In this document: piece by piece, positions 1-13,978 of the stretch
Position numbering within the stretch: position 1 is the first letter of the stretch
How the letters are laid out: each line of letters opens with the position of its first letter
NCBI RefSeq assembly: GCF_001194135.2
Contig: NC_068983.1
Span: 166,363,940-166,427,778 of the forward strand
DNA length: 63,839 nt
Reading direction: 5' to 3'
Origin: Octopus bimaculoides
Lineage: Eukaryota
Made by a program: the position numbers and the translations under genes
Notes under the pieces: generated by a model
The model's database searches: none
What the model saw: only the letters and a program-made list of their open reading frames with translations
What the model was told of the DNA's origin: nothing

Positions 1-134
1 ATATTGATAATTTGATTATTGATAATTTTCACTAGATTCATTGTAGTCACATTTACTTTTATTTTACATTCTTTCATTTCTTAGTATAAAGTGGTCAAGA
101 GAAAGAAAGGCAAAAGAAAGATATTTTACTGCTT

Positions 135-335
135 GCTTCTGAGCCCTGTTAAGTTGTCAGCAGAAGCCAAATTTTTGACTACCTGCTTTCAGTCATAGTA
201 AAGAGCAGTGACCAAGACAGGGAAAGCAGATATTTGACAGTTTGCCTTTCAGCCATGTTAAGCCAGCAGACAAACTGTCAACTTTTTTTCTCTTCAAGTG
301 AGTGACTTTCCTGAGGCTTTCCCCATAGTCGGACA
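135..335 (-). ncRNA. Candidate structured RNA element (four stems), class unknown
   Basis: Stems GCTTCTG/CAGAAGC (135-167), TGACT/AGTCA (176-195), TGACAGTTTG/CAAACTGTCA (235-280) and GGGAAAGC/GCTTTCCC (220-323). In three stems the mismatches are G-U on the minus strand. Confidence 0.3.
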
Positions 336-429
336 GATTTAGACAAGAAATGCATATTTAGTCAATTTACAAGTTTGTTTTATTGCTTTCTGATATATTT
401 CATATGATTATTCAGTATCAAAGAGTACA

Positions 430-620
430 CGATCAGTAGATTGTGGCCATGCTGGGGCACCACCCTAAATAATTTTTAGTCTAATGAATCTATCCTAGAA
501 GTTTTTTTAAAGACTGGTGCTTATTCTTTTGGTCTTTCGTGCCAAACTGCTAAGTTACAGGTACGTAAACACACCACCACCAGTTGTCAAGTGTTGGTGA
601 AGGACAAACACAGACACAAA

Positions 621-660
<40 letters not shown>
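430..660 (-). mobile_element. SINE 3' module (my family D) followed by (CA)n
   Basis: Shares TGGCCATGCTGGGGCAC...CTAAGTTAC...GTAAACACACC...GTTGTCAAG with the copies at 29326, 45046 and 53620, and with reverse copies at 7676 and 12215. Confidence 0.75.
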
Positions 661-668
<8 letters not shown>

Positions 669-1052
669 GGTCTGTAAATAACATGTGACAATTATTCGGT
701 AGCCATGATAAAACTCTGAGTTTCGGATGTCGGGGCGAAAACCCACACCGCCATCTCTTCAGTTATCTGGCCATCGAAAAAATGCTATGAAAATGACTGT
801 TAAACAAAGGGAAATTACTGTGATTGGCCAAAGTCATATGTATGTTTCTCGTGTCTTACTACTTCAAAACGGTGCATCATAGGGGGAGGGGGGATAACTA
901 TTTTCATTTTCAGACGCCCCACATTCTCAAAGCATGTATAATACTACACTTTTCACAGAAAACAGGGGAGAGTGGGACACTCAGAACCCTACCCAACCTC
1001 AATGGAGGTGGGTGGACTGCATGCCCTAGTTTCCTAGCCACCCTTCACCACT

Positions 1053-1089
<37 letters not shown>

Positions 1090-1489
1090 CAGGGAATTAG
1101 CAAAGTAGGTGACAGAACAATTCTCATGGCTAGGCAACTCATCTTTGATAATGAACAGTCTCAAGCTGGCAGCAGAACTGGGAGTCCCCATGCAGATGTA
1201 GTGGTGAATACTACTTTTAAATGAAATTAGATAAATAACAAGATGTATTTTGGCCACCTCCTTACAAGAAAATTGGAATATAAGTAACAAATGCTAAATA
1301 CATCCTCAATGAAAGAATGAAATATATAAAGTACATAAATGATAAAAGAAATTTATAACACATTTTTTTTGTTACTAATAGTGACTGTATATGTCAGTAA
1401 TGAGTTGGGCAAGTTTAATTGGGGTATTACATCAAATGGCAAATTAAGGGTTTCTAACATTCAGCACAAGACAAATTTTGGGAAAGTAT

Positions 1490-1645
1490 TACACTGAATT
1501 CACTTGACTGGTACTTATTTTATCAACCCCAGAAGGATGAAAAATAAAGTAGACCTCAGTGAGATTTGAATTCAAGGCATAAGGTGATGCAAGTAAATAC
1601 TGCATGTATTATGTCCGGTGCCCTACCATTTCTGTCACCTTCATT
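1490..1645 (-). mobile_element. Degenerate tRNA-type SINE (my family C)
   Basis: ACTGGTACTTATTTTATCAACCCC..GGATGAAA..AAAGTAGACC..TTTGAATTC matches the copies at 18505-18930 and 44160-44540. Confidence 0.65.
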
Positions 1646-3009
1646 AGATATCAAAATAAAATGTAATGTAAACTGGAAATCAAGGAGAGGCTAACAAAAT
1701 AAATTGGTTCATTAATTCAACTGAAATAATTTTTTGATCACTGAAATAAGCAAATTAAGATATATATTAAATTTTCCATCTTTTTTACTGAACCATTTAA
1801 AATTTTAAAAATTATAGAAATAAGCATCTTCCATTTATTTATTTATTTTTCCTGACTGTATTCCTTCTTTTTGATTTCCTTAAGATTTTGATTTACATAA
1901 AGTAAGGCTCAACAAATTGGTGAGACATCTAGATTCCCACCCACCTACCACCAAGTGTCTAGTCTTTAGAAAAATATACAACAAACATATGAAATCAATC
2001 TTGTTGAAGACCAAGAAAAAAAAATACTAATATAAAGTGATTCTTTTTTTTTTTCTGTTTACTTAAAAATAATTAGAAAGTAAATAAAAAAGCATGAGCA
2101 GCGTTGAAGCAACAAAAGTAATCAATCTGACATTACAGACTGAAAAGGAATTATATACAAGAGAAAAAGAAGAGAAATTTAACAATAAAATTCAATAACT
2201 TCATCTATAGAGCATTATGAATCTTTTTACTGAAATGGTGGCAAACACAAGCAAAGAGATTATTGATTTCAGACAAATTACAACATTGTTCGATTGGGTA
2301 TGTATAACCGAATCAATATTTTAATTCATGAACAGAAACCACCACTAACAAGGTTTCATATCTGTACAGTTATTTTTCTTATTATTTTGACTCTTAACTA
2401 ATTAGGAAACAATATACACTAACATCCTTTTTTAATGTTCATCTTTCATGTTGGCATGACTTGGATGGCTTGACTGAATCCAGTGAGCCACAAGACATCA
2501 TCAAGCTTCAATGCCGTCTTTGCCATGGTTTCTACAGCCACCTTTTCTTCTGGTAGTCAAACATATTTGAAAAACTTAGTCAGATGAAGATGATTTTCAT
2601 CTGATATTCAGGCACAATGATTTCAATGGAAAATAACACAGCCTTCAACTCTTCCCACTTTCTGGGATATGGCGCTAAAATTTGAAGTTAATTATGGGAA
2701 TTTATTGTAGTCACATACATAAGTAGAAACTATCATATCAAATTCCCTTCAGCTATGAAAATTAATGTAATTTTTCTTTGAATTAATTGCCAATGTAACA
2801 CCATCAGAAATATCCCCTCAACATGGCTGCTGGGGCTGGGGTTGGAAGGTTCTTTTTAAGTAAGCTGAAACTGTCATTGCTACTATATTAAAGTAACCGA
2901 AATACTATCATCATCATTGTTTTAACATCTACTTTTCCATAATTGTATGAGTTGGATGGAATTCAGTGAGGCAAATTTTTTATAACAAGATATCATAATT
3001 GTCACCAGC

Positions 3010-3350
3010 CTTCATTTGTTTCCAAATAAGATAATATTGCCCCATAGGCAGACATGTTTTCACACAAGAATTGAAACAAAGGACACCGTTTGTATGACAG
3101 TGACACTCATTTACAACTATTGCACAATATCAAGGAGATGCAAACAAACACACACACACATATATAGACACATATATACATACACACACAACAGACTTCT
3201 TTTGGTTTCTGTTTACTAAATCCATTCACAAGGCTTTGGTCAACTCAGGGCCATAATAGAAGGCACTTACCCAAAGTGTTATGCACAAGGACTGAACCTG
3301 AAACTAGGTGGTTAGGAAACAAACTTCTTAACCACATGGCTTGAACATGT
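3010..3350 (-). mobile_element. tRNA-type SINE (my family B, with G-type tail)
   Basis: The reverse complement carries the B-box-like GGTTCAGTCC, the core TTGGGTAAGTGCCTTCTATTAT and GCCTTGTGAATGGATTTAGTA. Confidence 0.7.
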
Positions 3351-3377
3351 TGGGACCAATCTCTCTCTCTCTCTCTC

Positions 3378-3641
3378 TGCCAGTGCCCCTGGACTGGCTT
3401 GTGCGGGTGGCACATAAAACACACCATTTCGAGCGTGGCCGTTTTCGTGCAGGTGACACGTAAAAGCACCCACTACACTCTCCGAGTGGTTGGCGTTAGG
3501 AAGGGCATCCAGCTGTAGAAACTCTGCCAAATTAGACTGGAGCCTGGTGTTGCCATCCGGTTTCACCAGTCCTCAGTCAAATCGTCCAACCCATGCTAGC
3601 ATGGAAAGCGGACGTTAAACGATGATGATGATGATGATGAT
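3378..3641 (+). mobile_element. Young RTE LINE 3' end (5'-truncated), (GAT)n tail
   Basis: GTGGTTGGCGTTAGGAAGGGCATCCAGCTGTAGAAAC...GGACGTTAAAC(GAT)n. Equivalent to the 3' UTR of the long RTE copy at 25830-28625 and near-identical to 39947-40170. Confidence 0.85.
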
Positions 3642-4761
3642 ATAAAAACCTAACCCATTCAAATTCACTACTGACAGTTTCTTGTAAATCTTCCCACATC
3701 AACAACTATTTATATCTGGACTAAAAAGAATTTCAACTACAAAGAAGACCAAAGAAACCAGACTTTCCTATGTAGATATTTAAAACTAGCAAGAAACTGA
3801 TAACCCATAAAAACACAAATTAAACATATTTCATTTCATATCAACTATGTCTGATATGAAAATTCTGAAAAGAAATGACTCAAGAGCTGAATTAAACTTC
3901 ACTTAAATATTAAAAATAAAAAAATAAGATCTATCCATTTAAATATTTACATCATTAATATTACATTCACATTCTAAATTTAACAAAAGAATGTCTGGTA
4001 AATAATTGATGGGTTAGCAATTCATTTAAGGACATACTTTATTATGCATTTGTTCTGTTCTTTAAATCAAGCCTTTGCTAAAATTAAAGAAGTAGCGTCA
4101 AAACAGACAAAACAAAATAATTACTTGGAATCTATCAGTTTGTATAACTCTTCCACTTTTATTTCCTCACTTTGGGCGATGCTTTGTTCAAATTAAACGA
4201 GAGTACTTAAAGAGTCCAATCATTTTTCTGGCAACAATAAACTATGAACAAAAAGTAAAAGATTGCCAAAAATTAATTTCAGACCCTTTTCAAATATGTT
4301 AGTTGTAATAAATTCACTCAACTACAGCTATATCAATCAACTGACTATTGTAATGACTGATTAATTATTATTGATGATGATGGAGTGGTGATAACAGTGA
4401 TGGCTTATTTTGAAATCTGAAGAACAGAGTATATACTATTTGCAGAATTACATTTCAACTCTTGATACCAACTGAACTGAGACCACTCCTAGTTCTATGA
4501 TATAAATTCTATTTTAAGACTTCTATATTAAAATTTCATGTTTATGTTCCAAACATCAGCTTTTTTCACTAAATTTTTCATTATTTTCAAATTTAACTGA
4601 AACAAAGGGTTGTGTATTGCAATAGACATACGGTAAACAAAAGGGGTTAAATGACACAATGCTGTTGGGTCAAGTTAAAAGATGAAGAACTAATGAGAAT
4701 TTAAGTAAAGAACTGCTTATATCATTTTTTCATGTCAACATACTTAATCTTAAAGCTTTAA

Positions 4762-4982
4762 CCCTTTTAGTGTTTAAACCAGCCATATCTGGCCAAAATA
4801 GTCTACCTGTTTTATCTTCGAACAAGGTAGATCTGGCTTCTCACACTTATCCTACAATATTATTCTAAAAATTAGCAATCACGTCATTGAAGTATCGAAG
4901 CCACAAAGTAATGCATGACTAATTCAAATCAATGGGAATAAATAATCATTACATTTGAAGGGGAAATCTGAATACTAAAGGA
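4762..4982. mobile_element. piggyBac-like MITE type 2
   Basis: TTAA|CCCTTTTAGTGTTT ... ATACTAAAGGA|TTAA. Inverted relative to the copy at 9093-9308. Confidence 0.75.
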
Positions 4983-5202
4983 TTAATGAGTTAGTCTGTT
5001 AGTAACTAGCATCAGGAATCTGCTTCTCAAGCAATAAGCAACTGAGACATCAGAGAAAGGACCAGGTGAAAATAATATGTAAGGTCAAGACAAAGACACT
5101 TTATTCAAAGAGATCAGAAGTCATCACTACAAACTCACTAAAAGAAGGTATTGAGTATGTCTGTGAGCTGAGAAAATATTTCTAAAATAAGCACTGAATT
5201 AA

Positions 5203-5674
5203 CCCTTTTGTTATATTTTTGTTGCAATGTAATCTCTTTATTTCAATGAAATTTGAAAATAATGAATATAGTGATATAACATAAGTTGTTGTTTGGAACA
5301 TAAATTAACATGAAATTTTGATGGGAAATTTTCCTTTAGATCACTAACCCACCTGACTGGCTCCCCGTGCTGGTGGCACGTAAAAAGCACCATCCAAACA
5401 TGGTCAATGCCAGCCCCCACCCCAGTTGGCTCCTGTGCCAGTGGCATGTAAAAAGCACCATCCGAATGTGGCCGATGCCAGTGCCACCTGACTGGCTCCC
5501 ATGCCGGTGGCATGTAAAAAGCACCCACTACACTCTCGGAATGGTTGGCATTAGGAAGGGCATCCAGCTGTAGAAAGATTGCCTGATCAGATTGGAGCCT
5601 GGTGCAGCCTCCTGGCTTGCCAGTCCCCAGTCAAACTGTCTGACTTTTGCCAGCATGGAAAAGGGACGTTAAAC

Positions 5675-5705
<31 letters not shown>

Positions 5706-5770
5706 ACCTTAAAACAGGAAGTTTGAATCATAGAATGAGGGTGGTCTCAGGCAGGTTGGTATCAAAAGTT
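5203..5770. mobile_element. piggyBac-like MITE type 1 interrupted by an RTE 3' end (5349-5705)
   Basis: Starts TTAA|CCCTTTTGTTA. The MITE sequence stops at TAGATCACT and resumes TTAAAACAGGAAGTTTG after the (GAT)n tail. Confidence 0.75.
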
Positions 5771-6384
5771 CATACTTGAAAATCTTATAAATCTGCTTCA
5801 AATTATACTTGATGCTTCCATCACAAAGGAAGCTAAAAAAAACACTGATTATAACAATACCAATAAATGAAGTAGTGAAGATCAGCATACCAACTCCTAA
5901 ATAAACCAAAATGATGCACTAATTATTATTAATACTCTTGTCAACAAAACAGACAGCAAAAGACAAGAACATTTGCAACCACATGGTTTGGGGTTCAGTC
6001 CTACTGGGCAGCACCTTGGACAGATGTCTTCTTCAACACTGGACCAACCAATGCCAGGTGAATAAATTTGGTACATGGAAATTGTGCAGAAGTCCATAAC
6101 AGACAGATATCATCATTGTTTAACATCCACCTTCCATGCTGGCTTGGGTGGGATGATTCGAGAGGAGCCAGCTAGGTAAAAGTCTTCACCAGACTTCTGT
6201 AATCATTTTGACTTATTTTGATTATTTTGAGCTTAAAAGCCACCAGATAAGGCGGCTTTTTTAAGCTAGCTCTTGTGGAGGGCTCTTCATTAGGCCTTGG
6301 ACCCAACAATGACACTTCATGCATTGAATACATATTAAAATTTTATTAAACTTGACCAATATTTTTCAAGCAATGAACAGTTTT

Positions 6385-7395
6385 CATCATCATTGTTTAA
6401 CGTCCGCTTTCCATGCTAGCATGGGTTGAATGATTTGACTGAGGACTAGTGAACCAGATGGCTACACCAGGCTCCAATCTGATTTGGCAGAGTTTCTACA
6501 GAAGAAGCGTGATCAGAGAGTGGGGAGGGGAAGTGAGTGATGAAGATCTAGATATATAGAGTGGGGTGGGGGCTACCAGATAGCAATGATACAGAGAAAC
6601 AGGACCATGAGGACAGGATTGGGGAGTGAGAAGTAGGCATAGTGTATGAAGGGTGAAATGTGAGGAAGAGAAGAGATGTAGAGATATAGATTGGTTTGTT
6701 GGGGTAGGTTTTCTTGTTACGTGTGGGTGGAACACACAGGTCAGTGGGCAGGGTTGAGAGGATAACAATGATACAGTGAGATAGGGCCAACAGGACAGAA
6801 TTGGTGGATGGGAGATAAGCATAAAGCATGAAGTAGAAATGTGAGGAAGAGATGTAGAGATGTAGTTTGGTTTGTTGTGGTAGGGTGTGTGAGAAGTTTT
6901 CTTGTTAAGTGTAGATGGAACACACACCGCTTCTAGAACTTACTTTTGCTGATGTGGGCAGGTCTTCTCAAGAACCTCATATTGCCAGACATTTCAGTCC
7001 ATTGTCATTTCCTCCATGAGGCCCAACATCCAGAGATCAGTTCTTACCACTTCATCCCATGTCCTCCTGGGTCTCCCTCTTCCACAGGTACCATCCACTT
7101 TCAGTGATCAGCACTTCTTTATGCAGCTGTCTTCATTCACTCATATGCATCACATGTCCAAACCAGTGTAGTCTTCTCTCTTGCATGCTACATTTGATTC
7201 CTTTTATGCTCAACTTTTCTCTCAATACACTTGCACTTTGTCGTACCTGCACACTGATGTTGCCTTCGTTTCTCTCCAGTCTACACGTCTTCTGCATTCA
7301 GTGTCCATGGCTCACTACCATGGAGTATAGTCGTTTGTGCACAAGCAGCATACATTCTACATTTCAATCTATCTGAGAGAGAGTCCTTTTGTTGC
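6385..7395 (-). mobile_element. RTE LINE 3' fragment with an internal purine-rich tandem duplication (about 6500-6927)
   Basis: RTE tail at 6385-6495 and degenerate RTE C-terminal coding sequence at 6960-7395. The insert holds two diverged ~200 bp units. Confidence 0.7.
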
Positions 7396-7514
7396 CAACA
7401 GAATACCTCTCTGAACTTCCATACACATATACACATATATATCAATCATCATCATCATTTTGAAAAATTACTCAATACTTTCAGTAGTGTATATTAACTT
7501 TTTCAGGGAAATGG

Positions 7515-7605
7515 TTAAGAGTGATACAAAGTTTTGGTTAACTCATCTTCATCAGACTATCTGATGAAGGCAAGCACCCAAAACTTTGAAGTCACTGTCA
7601 ACCTT
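7515..7605. ncRNA. Degenerate inverted pair of hammerhead-like motifs (Penelope-like remnant)
   Basis: Plus strand: CTGATGA-AGG..CC-AAAAC-TTTGAA-GTC-ACTGTC. The mirror copy lies on the minus strand, 5 bp away (CTTCATCAG-ACTAT-CTGATGAAG). Confidence 0.45.
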
Positions 7606-7625
7606 TTCTTTGTAAAAGTTAACAT

Positions 7626-7658
<33 letters not shown>

Positions 7659-7675
7659 GAATATGAAATCATGCA

Positions 7676-7870
7676 CATATACGTGCATGTCTTTGTTCTT
7701 GTTTCCACACTACTTGACAACCAGAACTGGTTTGTTTACATCCTTGTAACTTAGCGGTTTGGCAAAAGGGACAATAGAATAAAAGCCAGGTTTTAAAAAA
7801 ATAAGTACTGGCATTGTTTTCTCCAACTAAGCCCTTCAAAGTAGAGCCCCAGCATTGCTGCAACAAGTAG
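7676..7870 (+). mobile_element. SINE 3' module (family D)
   Basis: TTGACAACCAG...CTTGTAACTTAGCGGTTTGGCAAAAG...CCCCAGCATTGCTGC, matching the other D copies. Confidence 0.7.
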
Positions 7871-8638
7871 CATCAGTGCTAGCATTGAAAAGCAAAATAA
7901 TGTATTAAGAGATCATCTTCAAAATATGAAAATCATGAGATGAAGTTGTCAAAAAGAAGACCTACTTTAATCATTGTAAGAAAAGGTCTGTTACGAATGA
8001 AACTGAAACTAACAAGGCTAGCATGTCAATTTGTATTGAATTCATCTTATCTAATTCTAAAATAAAATTAGAGCACCTGCTCCATATAAAAGTCTATATT
8101 TATGAATTACAGTGAATGAGAGAAAATTTGATTAAAAAAATTTAGATCTCTCTGATAAAATCTGATGGGGGGAAATAATGGACAACAACCATTAACTTTC
8201 AATAGATACCAAAATATATTAGCATGTAGATTTTATTGGAACTGACTAGCAGTTACTAATTAGTTGTCATAGTAATGTAATCTATATCCAGCTGAAGCTG
8301 TAAATAACTAACTTTATCATTCACTCCTTTCCACAGAGTACTACACTATAAAAATAACCATAATGCACCATTTTTCATAAAGATAAACAGCTTCATGACT
8401 GGAAAAGGAAAATCTATTTGTATGAGTGGAATATATTTACAGCATAAAGGACACTAATGAATACTTAATGGCTAGACAGCATTTTCTGAATTTGCAACAA
8501 AGCATCTTCCTGAAGAGATGTAAGGAGTTGCTGCATACACAGACAGCTTTGCATAATTATTCAAAGATTTCAGTTAATTATGAATTAAAATATGTTACAC
8601 CCTGCAAGATAGCTATGTTGTGTACAAAACTTGTCTGA

Positions 8639-9370
8639 CCCTTTTCTTACCATATTTCTGTCTCAATACAGTTTCCATTTCAATTAATTTTGAAATAATG
8701 AAAAACTTAGTAATTAAGTAAAATAACAGAAAATTTTGATAGAAGATTTTAATTTAGGTCACTCTAACCCTCTTGTTACCCTAAATCTATTTAAATACAC
8801 AGTTTTTGTTTCACATTACTTAGCTTGTTTGGAATATAAATTAAAACAAAATTTTGATGGAAAGTTTTAACTTTGACACAAGCTTTTATTACAGAACCAG
8901 CAGTGGTCACAGGTGAGTTGGTATCAAAATGGTTAACCCTTTTGTTACCATATTTCTATGGAAATACACTGCTTTTGTTTCAATTAAATTTGAAAATAAT
9001 GAAGAATTTAGTAAAATAACTTTGTAGTTACTGAGCTGGTGTGCTTGGAACATAAATTTACATGAAGGAAGGTTTAATTTAGGTCACTTTAACCCTTTAG
9101 TGTTCAAATTAATGTCAAAAGTAATCCTTATTCATGTACACTTTAAAAAATTTCTGGTATTATCTTGTAGCTTCAAGATTTGAAAGATGTAATTGTTTAT
9201 TTTTAGAATGACATTGCAGGGTAGATGTGAGAGGCTGGTTCTGGCCAGTTTGGGCATAAAATGAGTAGAATATTTGGGCCGGATATAGCCGGTTTAAACA
9301 CTAAAGGGTTAAAACAAGAACTACTACCACAGAACCAGAGGCAGCCTCAGATAAGTTCTTTTCAAATTGG
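8639..9370. mobile_element. Nested cluster of piggyBac-like MITEs (three type 1, one type 2 at 9093-9308)
   Basis: CCC starts at 8639, ~8768 and 8937. The type 2 element has TIRs CCCTTTAGTGTT/AACACTAAAGGG flanked by TTAA at 9089-9092 and 9309-9312. Confidence 0.8.
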
Positions 9371-9639
9371 TTAAATGCTTAACTTATAAGCTTATGCAGT
9401 AAGAATATGAAAAGTAGAAGTAAGAGTAAAACTATTCCAGTTAGAACAAATAAATTTAAACAGGTACCAAAACTGTCCAAAATCAAATATTAGATTTAAT
9501 ATTACAAAGATTTACAATCTATAGATAACTCAGTGGTTGAGATAAATCTAAAAAATCTAATAAGCATACTTCAGAAATGGTACTATTAAAGTAAGCCCAA
9601 TATTTTAGGAGAAAATGTTTTATGTTTTTTAAAACTTTT

Positions 9640-9852
9640 TTGCCCCTCCCCCTCCACCTTTTGTTCTATGATACAAATTTCATGTTTTAAAGTGATCTAA
9701 ATTAAAATCTTCAACCAAAATTTCATGTTAATTTATGTTTCAAACACTCAACTTAATAATGACTGAGTTATTTTGCAAAATATCTTCATTATTTTCAAAA
9801 ATTAACCAAAACAAAGTCTGCGTATTTCAACAGAAATATAGTAACAAAAGGG
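9640..9852. mobile_element. piggyBac-like MITE type 1 (reverse orientation)
   Basis: Ends GTAACAAAAGGG|TTAA. The body is the reverse complement of the copy starting at 8937. Confidence 0.75.
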
Positions 9853-10659
9853 TTAAAGAAGAATAAATAATTGATAATTTTATTATTACAACAAGATAAG
9901 TTAAAAGTTTCCAGTTTTTCTCCTTATCATTTGTTTTGTTTTTTCCTAACATCTGGAATAACCTTTTTAATTAAAGATTGCCTTCACAGCAGGTTTGTTA
10001 CATGGTTCTTTTCAATCTTCAGCACAGAGAAAATTCAGCAAATTAATAAACCTGATCCAGAAATAAATAGGGGAAAGAAAAAAAAAATCATAAAATAAAG
10101 CTTCACTTATATATCTTGAAATAGATATATTCATTTTTTTTCTCTAAAAACAAATTTTTGAAAAAGAACAAAATGTAAATGACAGAGAAAAAAAACATGT
10201 GTAGCTGAATTTTTAAAACAAAAAAAAAAAAAAGTAAAAAGATTTTTTTTGAACCATCAGAGTATTACTGACAAGTAACTAATCTAGTGGAGCAACCAAG
10301 AGATGATAATGTGTGCCAGGTAAAAACCTAGTTTACTATCTTCCAAAAACAGAGAAAAAAATTTTAAACTATGTGAAATTATTATGTGCCTTGCAATTTA
10401 GTATGAAATGGCTTTGTTGATAAACTGAAGTATGTTACAAAGAAAGTCACAAATAACAGAAAACTATCTTTTCCCTATGTCTGTTAATGACACCTGCAGA
10501 ACAATGCTACATATATTTATGTCAGTGATGTCTTTAAATCAACACCAAAGACACAAATATTGATTAAAATAAAACCAAATTTAACATTACTTTTTCTGGT
10601 AATTACAAATATCTTCAAATTATTTTCTTTATTGTTTCTTTCCAAATGAAAATTTCATC

Positions 10660-10873
10660 CTTTAGTTAGCATATTTCTGTTCAAATACAGTTTTTGTTTC
10701 GATTTATTTTGAAAATCATCAAGAATTTAGTAAAATTATTGATGTTATTTAGCTGGAATTTGGAATATAAATTAAAACAGGAATTTGATAGAAAGTTTTA
10801 ATTTACATCAACTTAAAATGTGAAATCTGTCTCATAAACCCAGAGTGATCAAGGTGAGTTGGTATCAAAAGAG
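10660..10873. mobile_element. piggyBac-like MITE type 1
   Basis: CATATTTCTGTTCAAATAC...GAATTTAGTAAAAT...GGTATCAAAAGAG|TTAA. Confidence 0.7.
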
Positions 10874-11233
10874 TTAATGGTGAAAAACGTTTCCAAAAAT
10901 AGAAAACAAAAAGTGATTTGTTGACATAGGTGTTTTTTTTTTAATTCATGTTCACTTACCTATCACATTTGTTCACTAAACTATTTTCATCTAATGCCCA
11001 TGTGATTTGTGAGCAAAAGTTTTTATATTCATGTTTACTCATCTATTTTCATCTGATTTTATTTATATGTTCACTTGGCTACATATGTTCATCTACTGTC
11101 CAAGTGATTTGTGAAGATAAGTTTTGATATGTTCACTTAACTATGTTCATTGAATTTTATTTATATGTTTCCTTAATTTAAATTTAATTTATTTATGTTC
11201 ATCTAATATCCAAGTGATTTAGTAATTGATACA

Positions 11234-12415
<1,182 letters not shown>

Positions 12416-13869
12416 AGATTTATCTTGTAACTTTGAGATTTCTATGATGTGATTATTTTTAGAACAACATTGTAGGGTAGGTGTGAAAAGCTGGATCTGG
12501 CCAGTGTGACCATAAAACAGGTAGAATATTTGGGCTTGATATGGGCAGTTTAAATGCTAAAGTGTCAATGTGAGAAATTATCGTCAGAAACTGGGGACTT
12601 TTACATGACTGACTGATCCGTTAGAATTAGCAGACCAAATCACACCCACACTTATCTGAAAACACAGATAACGTAAGGCTCTATACAGTCTGCCTGCAAA
12701 CAAGATGGCCATAGATGGGATGCTTCAGGTCATAGGTCTTCTCAATTAGAGCTTACTTGTCACCAGCCATCATTTTATTATCAAGACAATCAGCTCAGTT
12801 TTACGCTAAAACACAGTGGATTGTAATGTAAGGAATAAGTTACAACGAATAATCTTGGATGCCAAGCTGCCATTTGTTCAAAAAAGTAGAGTGGGAAGAA
12901 ATAAGAATGAACTAGGAACTAATAGTAAGTTTACCATTTATATGATGAAAGCGATTGACGAGGCTGACCTCAAATGACATGTGTTTTTTCATATTGTGTG
13001 TGTGTGTGTGTGTGTGTTAGAAGAGGGAGATCAATTGGAATGAAATATTCAAAAACGAGCAAAAATGTAAAAGAAAAGTGTTGGCGAGTATCTTGTGCAT
13101 GAACAAGCTATCTACTTTTCATCAATATAAACACCATTAAAAGTTGGGAGAAGTGAAAATGAGGAAAGGAAACATGGCAGCCCATATAGATTATTAGGCA
13201 GCTTTGCATAAGATTTCACATACAATGGTTTTAAAAAATAGCAAAAAGAAATGGTGGTTAATGCAAATTTTGGAGAAGCATATGAAAGTATGAAGTTATC
13301 ACACTTGTCTGCAAAACCAGACATCATACCAATTATAAAAAAAATGAAAATAAAAAAGAAAATTTTCCTTAGAGATTCATCATCACACTTTATATTTCAT
13401 AGATACTCGTAACTAATATGCTCAGGTCAAAACCAGGATATAGATTAATAAGCAGCAAAGAGAAAATAAACCATCTGCTTTATATGGATAATTTTAAACT
13501 CTATATAAAGAAAGAAATTACTTTCGACACATTAATCTAAGTTGTCAAGATGTTATGTGCAGATAAAAGATATGTTGTTGGGATGAAATAAGTGTTCTTC
13601 CCTAACTTTCAACAACAGGAAAGTTACTAAATAAGAAAATATATTTGTTGGTTAAGTGACAAAGTTATTAAGGAGTCGAAGATGGGAGGTAGAAATATAA
13701 TAGAATTATTCAAGAAATAAAATAAACTTGGAGAAAGATCATGAAACCAAAAGTTAATAGAAACAATGTAATAGAGGCTTTGAGCATATTAAGGTAATTG
13801 CAATAATTATTCTGTCAATTTTCTAAACCAGAGAAAGTAGATAAACTTAAATCATGGAAAATTGCTTAC

Positions 13870-13933
13870 CATACATAAAAACTGACAAAGAGCAATACAA
13901 AGTTCTGTTGTCCAAAGAGGACATTAAATAAAA
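13870..13933 (-). other. Putative exon of a minus-strand spliced transcript
   Basis: Acceptor tttgtttttcatttaag| and donor |gtaagc. Two reading frames are open. No protein recognised. Confidence 0.4.
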
Positions 13934-13978
13934 CTTAAATGAAAAACAAAAGAAATTACCATCATAAACCAAAGACTA

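Noticed and set aside
135-345. Assignment as RNase MRP or telomerase RNA
   Set aside because: The P4 bulged U is missing, there is too little sequence for P2/P3, and there is no CUAACCCU template. Kept only as an unassigned structured element.
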